From NCBI GenBank assembly GCA_003231035.1, contig QIHU01000303.1, positions 1 to 39,639 of the forward strand: a DNA stretch of 39,639 nt. The letters run 5' to 3'. The first letter of the stretch is position 1. Every line of letters begins with the position of its first letter. Source of the DNA: Acidobacteriota bacterium. GTDB taxonomy: Bacteria; Acidobacteriota; Thermoanaerobaculia; Multivoradales; SZUA-115. The position numbers and the translations under genes are program-made. This document shows, piece by piece, positions 35,414-39,639 of the stretch. The notes under the pieces were generated by a model. The model did no database searches, was not told the origin of the DNA, and saw only the letters and a program-made list of their open reading frames with translations.

Positions 35414-36115
35414 CTAGCTCTTGCGCAGTTCGCGATGCAACCAGGCCTTGACCGCCAGCCAGTCTCTGCTGACCGTAGCCACTCCCACTCCTAGTACCTC
35501 CGCGGTCTCGTCGATGGTCAGCCCGCCGAAAAATCGCAGCTCCACCATCCGCGACTGGCGAGGGTCCATGGTGGCCAAGGTCTTGAGAGCGTCGTCGAGG
35601 GCGATGATGTCCACGCAACGTTGCTCAGGCAACCCCATCACCTCCTCGATAGGAATTTTCGAGGCACCGTGGCCACGCTTCCAAGCTTTCTGTGCCCTGG
35701 CATGATCGACTAGAATACGACGCATCGTTTCGGCCGCGAAGCCGAAGAATTGCGCTCGGTTTTGCCAACTGACTCGGCGCTGATCGACTAGTCGTAGGTA
35801 GACTTCGTTGACCAGTGCTGTCGGTTGCAGGGTGTGTCCCGGACCTTCGCGCGCGAGATACCGTTGAGCGCGCGCATGGAGCTCACCCGCGACCACCGGA
35901 ATCAACCGTTCCAGTGCGCGGTCCTTCCCGGAACTCCAGTCGAGGAGGAGCTGCGTTACATCCTGATCTTTGGCCTGCACGGGGGCAGTATAGGGCCATA
36001 GGGTAAAGAAGGAGTCGGTCGAGACGGGTGGATTGGGACCGGCCGAGACTGAAAAGAAATTCTCTGATGGATCTGGCGCGGCGATTTCGCGTTCGAGGGT
36101 AGAGGGGGACACCAC
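35414..36115 (-). CDS. ECF-type sigma-70 factor (TIGR02999 / ECF43-like); start uncertain
   Basis: DVTQLLLDWSSGKDRALERLIPVVAGELHARAQRYL...TLQPTALVNEVYLRLV forms region 2. DPRQSRMVELRFFGGLTIDETAEVLGVGVATVSRDW forms region 4. The conserved part starts near GTG ~35965. The ORF is open to GTG 36115. Confidence 0.85.
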   Translation of the reverse strand: MVSPSTLEREIAAPDPSENFFSVSAGPNPPVSTDSFFTLWPYTAPVQAKDQDVTQLLLDWSSGKDRALERLIPVVAGELHARAQRYLAREGPGHTLQPTALVNEVYLRLVDQRRVSWQNRAQFFGFAAETMRRILVDHARAQKAWKRGHGASKIPIEEVMGLPEQRCVDIIALDDALKTLATMDPRQSRMVELRFFGGLTIDETAEVLGVGVATVSRDWLAVKAWLHRELRKS

Positions 36116-36188
36116 AGCTGGTACCTAGCAGCCTAGAGAGCGATCTCTGTCTGTTCCGGAACCGCTTTCTTTGTAAAGGGAGATTCCA

Positions 36189-37865
36189 ATGAATCGCAGC
36201 CTACGTGGGGTTAGACTGCTCGCCGCTGGTTTTCGGCCGGTGGTTCTGACTATAGCTCTGATGGTTGTCGCGGCAATTGCCGCCGCGGCGCAAACTACCT
36301 ATACGAGCCCTGCCACGCTCATTGTGCCGCCTGAGGACATCGCCTTCGCGATTTCTCTCTCCGCGCTGGGCGTGGCTTCGTCCAACACCATTACCGCGAT
36401 CGAAGGCGGTGACCTGGGGACGATTCTTTCGGTAAGTGGCCAAGCCGATGAGATCACTTACGCCCCGAGCGACCAGTTCTGGACGATGGGGTTCGACACG
36501 CTGACCATCACCTCGGTGAGTTCGCTGAATGCTGAGGCTTACACCTATTCCAAGGTGATCCTCGAAGCGGGTAGCTGTCGCGAAGTCTTGTTCGTTGACA
36601 ATTTCGAAGGGGCGCAGCCCATCCGGGTTGTCGTTGGCGACGCCGGCATGGTGTTGTTTACCAGCGCCGCGGCACTCAATGGGCTGCTGGGGCTGGAGGT
36701 CAAGACCGAGGTGGGAAACACCAACGCGGCCTTCGTCGAGTATCCGTTGGATGGGGTGGGCACGAATCCGAAAGGGCGTCCCGACGATGGCGGGCTCGAC
36801 GTTGGGATCGACCCCAACGGTGAACCGCCAATCGCTGGCGAAATCCTGCCGATCTCGATTGTCCAGGCGGTAAGACCTGTCGGCGGCTTCCCGATTCCCG
36901 GCCTTCCCGAGCCGCTTTCTTTCGAGATTCAAATCCAGTACACCGACCTTGACGGCTATCAGGTTCGTGCGATCGCCTACGATGAGGAGGGCGGCGATGC
37001 CACGGACTGGTACTCGATCAGCAACCAGCCTCACAAGTTGAGTCTCGACTGGTGGTCGGACGAGGTCACGAAGAGCAACCCGACGCCGGAAGTCGGAATG
37101 CTCTTTCGAGTGGACGAGAGATTCGCCGGCAAGCTGGCCGGGATCGGCGATCCGCTGACCGTCGATCTGATTCGCCTCGGCGCCATGAACTTGACTAACC
37201 CGCCCGACCAGGAATGGTACTTCGACGACTTGGAGATCTGGTTGGGTAATCTGGTGGGCGAGCGTGAGATGTTCTTCGGAGACCAATTCGACGGATCGAC
37301 CACCTGGACCGCTTCGTTTCAGGGTGGAGGTCTCCTGACCAACAACGCCAGCGCGGCTCTGATTGGGGACTACGGTCTCGATGTCTCGTTGCAGGCGACT
37401 TCGCACGTCTTCTTGCAGTCGGAGGTACCCGCGGCGGAAGACCGCTTTACTGCCCGCTTCCTCTTCGATCCCAATTCCCTGGATATGGGGAGCGATGACC
37501 TGAGTCTGTTCACCGCCTACGGCGCAGATGGCCCAGTGGGGGATCTCCAGCTTCAGGTGCGGATCAAGAAGAGCGCATCGGCCTACCAGGTCATCCTAGG
37601 TATCTGGGATGAGGACGGCTATCGGTCTAGTGGTTGGACCGATCTGGTCGATGGGCCGCAGACCCTCACCGTGCAGTGGTGGAACGCCGCTGCCTTGAAT
37701 GCCACGAAGGGTCGTGCCCGCCTCTGGGTGGGTAATTCGGAGGCGGTCGAGATTCTAGATATCAAGACCGGGACGACTCAGATCGAGGCGATACGGTTGG
37801 GCTCCTTGGGGATCAATGGGACGACTGGATCGATCTACCTCGACGAGTTCGAGATTTGGCGCTGA
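36189..37865 (+). CDS. Secreted protein with two tandem jelly-roll (LamG-like) modules
   Basis: AGGGAG RBS and a signal/TM segment. The two modules have parallel motifs: FVDNFEG / FGDQFDG, AALNGLLGLEV / AALIGDYGLDV, HKLSLDWWS / QTLTVQWWN, IRLGAM...YFDDLEIW / IRLGSL...YLDEFEIW. Confidence 0.7.
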   Translation: MNRSLRGVRLLAAGFRPVVLTIALMVVAAIAAAAQTTYTSPATLIVPPEDIAFAISLSALGVASSNTITAIEGGDLGTILSVSGQADEITYAPSDQFWTMGFDTLTITSVSSLNAEAYTYSKVILEAGSCREVLFVDNFEGAQPIRVVVGDAGMVLFTSAAALNGLLGLEVKTEVGNTNAAFVEYPLDGVGTNPKGRPDDGGLDVGIDPNGEPPIAGEILPISIVQAVRPVGGFPIPGLPEPLSFEIQIQYTDLDGYQVRAIAYDEEGGDATDWYSISNQPHKLSLDWWSDEVTKSNPTPEVGMLFRVDERFAGKLAGIGDPLTVDLIRLGAMNLTNPPDQEWYFDDLEIWLGNLVGEREMFFGDQFDGSTTWTASFQGGGLLTNNASAALIGDYGLDVSLQATSHVFLQSEVPAAEDRFTARFLFDPNSLDMGSDDLSLFTAYGADGPVGDLQLQVRIKKSASAYQVILGIWDEDGYRSSGWTDLVDGPQTLTVQWWNAAALNATKGRARLWVGNSEAVEILDIKTGTTQIEAIRLGSLGINGTTGSIYLDEFEIWR

Positions 37866-37877
37866 TCGGGTAGAAGG

Positions 37878-37899
37878 GTCCGGGAGGTCGCTCCCGGAC
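37878..37899. terminator. Hairpin between convergent genes
   Basis: Perfect 9-bp stem GTCCGGGAG / CTCCCGGAC with loop GTCG. There is no U tract. Confidence 0.4.
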
Positions 37900-38552
37900 T
37901 AACCCTCTTCCCACTCGATCCCATCGGGTGGCGAGAGGACTTGGCGGCCGGTTAGAGGTTTGTGGTCGCCCAAGGTGAAGGCGGTGCGGTTGCCTTCGAG
38001 ATCGCGGTACTCAAGCCGCGTCACCCGGCCCGCTTCAGGGTCGAGGGTCAGCCAAGCCTCTTGGATCTCGCTCGTCTCCGTTTTGGGCTCCAGGCTCAAA
38101 GTCACGCGGCCGTCTTCGCCGGTTTCGGCGCTAGCTGTGTAGCGCTCCGCGAGACTGTCCACCGAGAGCAAGAGCAGATCGAGGCCAGGCTCGTTGCGGG
38201 CGTCAATCTCTTGGCGCCGACCGGTTCCGTCGGTCTCGTTCCAGTACCAGATGGTGTCTTGGCAGATCAAGAAGCTCTTGGGGTAGGGATCGGCGTAGTC
38301 CCAGCGCAGGCAGTCGGGCAGCGAGAAGGTGAGTTGGCCGGTCTCGGTTTCGCCGCCCTTGAAGCCGGCGGCGATGAAGGTCTGCTCGAAAGTCGTCGCC
38401 GTCTTCCCGCGCCGCGCCAGCTGGTGACGGACCTCTTCGAGCGCCGCCCAGGGGCTCGCGGTGGCGGTGGAATCTTGGGCCAAGGTCGGTGCCGAGAGGC
38501 AGAGGAGGGCCGGGAGAAGAGCGCGGAGGAGGCCAAAGTGGTTCGGTCGCAT
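37899..38552 (-). CDS. LolA-like outer-membrane lipoprotein carrier / sorting protein
   Basis: Start ATG 38552. The signal peptide is LLRALLPALLCLSAPTLAQ. FEQTFIAAGF...GQLTFSLPDCLRWDYADPYPKSFLICQDTIWYWN follows the LolA pattern. Confidence 0.65.
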   Translation of the reverse strand: MRPNHFGLLRALLPALLCLSAPTLAQDSTATASPWAALEEVRHQLARRGKTATTFEQTFIAAGFKGGETETGQLTFSLPDCLRWDYADPYPKSFLICQDTIWYWNETDGTGRRQEIDARNEPGLDLLLLSVDSLAERYTASAETGEDGRVTLSLEPKTETSEIQEAWLTLDPEAGRVTRLEYRDLEGNRTAFTLGDHKPLTGRQVLSPPDGIEWEEG

Positions 38553-38604
38553 GGTGAACTCCGGTAGCAAACCCTGTGCCGACGGGCGGCTGGGGCGGTT
38601 GGGT

Positions 38605-39639
38605 CTAGTGTCTGAAGTGGCGCTGGCCGGTGAAAAGCATGGCCACACCCTGTTCGTTGGCGGCGTCGATGACCTCCGCGTCGCGTTTGCTGCCGCCCGG
38701 TTGAACGATGGCGGTCACCCCAGCCCGGGCGAGGACATCGAGACCATCGCGGAAGGGAAAAAAGGCGTCCGAGGCGGCGACCGCGCCGGTGAGCGAACCC
38801 TCGGCTTTGCCGATCGCCAGGTGACAGGCGTCCACCCGGCTCATCTGGCCGGCGCCGACGCCCAGGGTGGCGTTGGCGTTGGCGATCACAATGGCGTTGG
38901 ACTTGGTGTAGCGCGCCGCCTTCCAGGCAAACTCTAGCGCTCGCTGCTCCTCCTCGGTGGGAGCACGGCGGGTCGGACACTCCCAGGAGGCCACGCTGTC
39001 TTGGCCAGCGTCGGGGACCTGGGCCAGAAAGCCGCCAGCCACGGCGCGCAGCTCGATCTCGCCGTCCGCCGCTCGGTAGTTTGGACACTCGAGGAGGCGG
39101 AGGTTTTTCTTCTTCGCGTAGAGGTCGCGGGCGCCGGGCTCGAAGGCCGGAGCCGCGATCACTTCGACGAACAGCTTGTCCATCGCCGCCGCCAAAGTGG
39201 CCGGTACCGGCCGGTTGATCGCGATCACCGAGCCAAAAGCGGAGAGGGGGTCACTGGCTAGGGCGCGCTCGTAGGCTTCAACCAAGGTTTCACCCCGGCC
39301 AATCCCGCTGGGGTTGCTGTGTTTGACGATGACCACCGTCGGTTCCGCGTACAGGGCCGCCATCTTGCGGGCGGCGTCGGTATCGAGCAGGTTGTTGTAG
39401 GAAAGCTCTTTGCCTTGGAGCTGTTCGAAGCCGCCAAAAAGGCCGGCACCGCCGTCGCTACGGTAGACGGCCGCCGCCTGGTGAGGGTTTTCGCCATACC
39501 GGGGTTCGAATTCTCGCGCCAGATCGAGGGTCAGGTGGCGGAGGAAAAAGGGGGGCTCGGCGCCGCGTCCTTGGGCCTCGAGCCAGGTGGCGATGGCGGC
39601 GTCGTAGGCTTGAGTGTGCCGGAAGGCCTTCAAGGCGAG
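38605..39639 (-). CDS. purH: Bifunctional AICAR transformylase / IMP cyclohydrolase, C-terminal ~345 codons (5' end beyond window)
   Basis: KAFRHTQAYDAAIATWL..., YGENPHQ, VIVKHSNPSGIG, GVGAGQMSRVD, and the canonical end VQPGGSKRDAEVIDAANEQGVAMLFTGQRHFRH. The frame stays open to the right edge. Confidence 0.92.
   Translation of the reverse strand, partial: LALKAFRHTQAYDAAIATWLEAQGRGAEPPFFLRHLTLDLAREFEPRYGENPHQAAAVYRSDGGAGLFGGFEQLQGKELSYNNLLDTDAARKMAALYAEPTVVIVKHSNPSGIGRGETLVEAYERALASDPLSAFGSVIAINRPVPATLAAAMDKLFVEVIAAPAFEPGARDLYAKKKNLRLLECPNYRAADGEIELRAVAGGFLAQVPDAGQDSVASWECPTRRAPTEEEQRALEFAWKAARYTKSNAIVIANANATLGVGAGQMSRVDACHLAIGKAEGSLTGAVAASDAFFPFRDGLDVLARAGVTAIVQPGGSKRDAEVIDAANEQGVAMLFTGQRHFRH

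Noticed and set aside
36107-36115. GGACACCAC, matching 9 of the 10 outermost bases of the element's IR (GGACACCACC), as a possible solo IR or second copy.
   Set aside because: Only 9 nt match and the rest of the 26-bp IR is absent. The bases encode the putative start (GTG GTG TCC) of the sigma ORF. This is a chance match.
36116-36188. GGAAC motif (TCCGGAACCGC) in the sigma/jelly-roll intergenic region, as an ECF-type -35 box for the 36189 gene.
   Set aside because: It lies only ~30 nt before the ATG. A -35 there would place the transcription start inside or beyond the RBS/start codon, and no CGT-type -10 follows at 16-17 nt.

Overview
High-GC bacterial chromosomal segment. The ECF43-type sigma/Ser-Thr kinase pair and the many secreted jelly-roll proteins fit Acidobacteriota or a similar Gram-negative lineage, but this is not diagnostic. 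Positions 1-11939 hold the conserved cluster tuf, tRNA-Trp, secE, nusG, rplK, rplA, rplJ, rplL, rpoB, rpoC. Next come a UbiD-family decarboxylase, a secreted cupredoxin/Calx-beta protein and a TetR + hydrolase pair. Further right are serC, an aldehyde dehydrogenase, a polyprenyl synthase, yajQ, secreted lectin-like proteins, an ECF sigma + Ser/Thr kinase + PQQ-propeller operon, lolA-like and purH (3' part). The clearest accessory feature is a 4,390-bp mobile element at 17198-21587. It has 26-bp terminal inverted repeats (25/26 identical, starting GGTGGTG) and a perfect 8-bp target-site duplication (CGGCAGGT). It splits a membrane GT-C-like gene whose two halves rejoin in frame. The element carries a centrally placed single-ORF IS1-family transposase plus five passenger ORFs: two unknowns, a truncated stand-alone DUF1778-type RHH protein, a 281-aa charged helical protein and a DUF3800-like protein. 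It also holds an internal array of six phased TTGTCCCG direct repeats next to a perfect 12-bp hairpin. A second notable feature is a ~60-aa insertion with two CxxC...CxxC zinc-ribbon motifs in the N-terminal part of RpoB. All family assignments come from reading the motifs, with no database search run.
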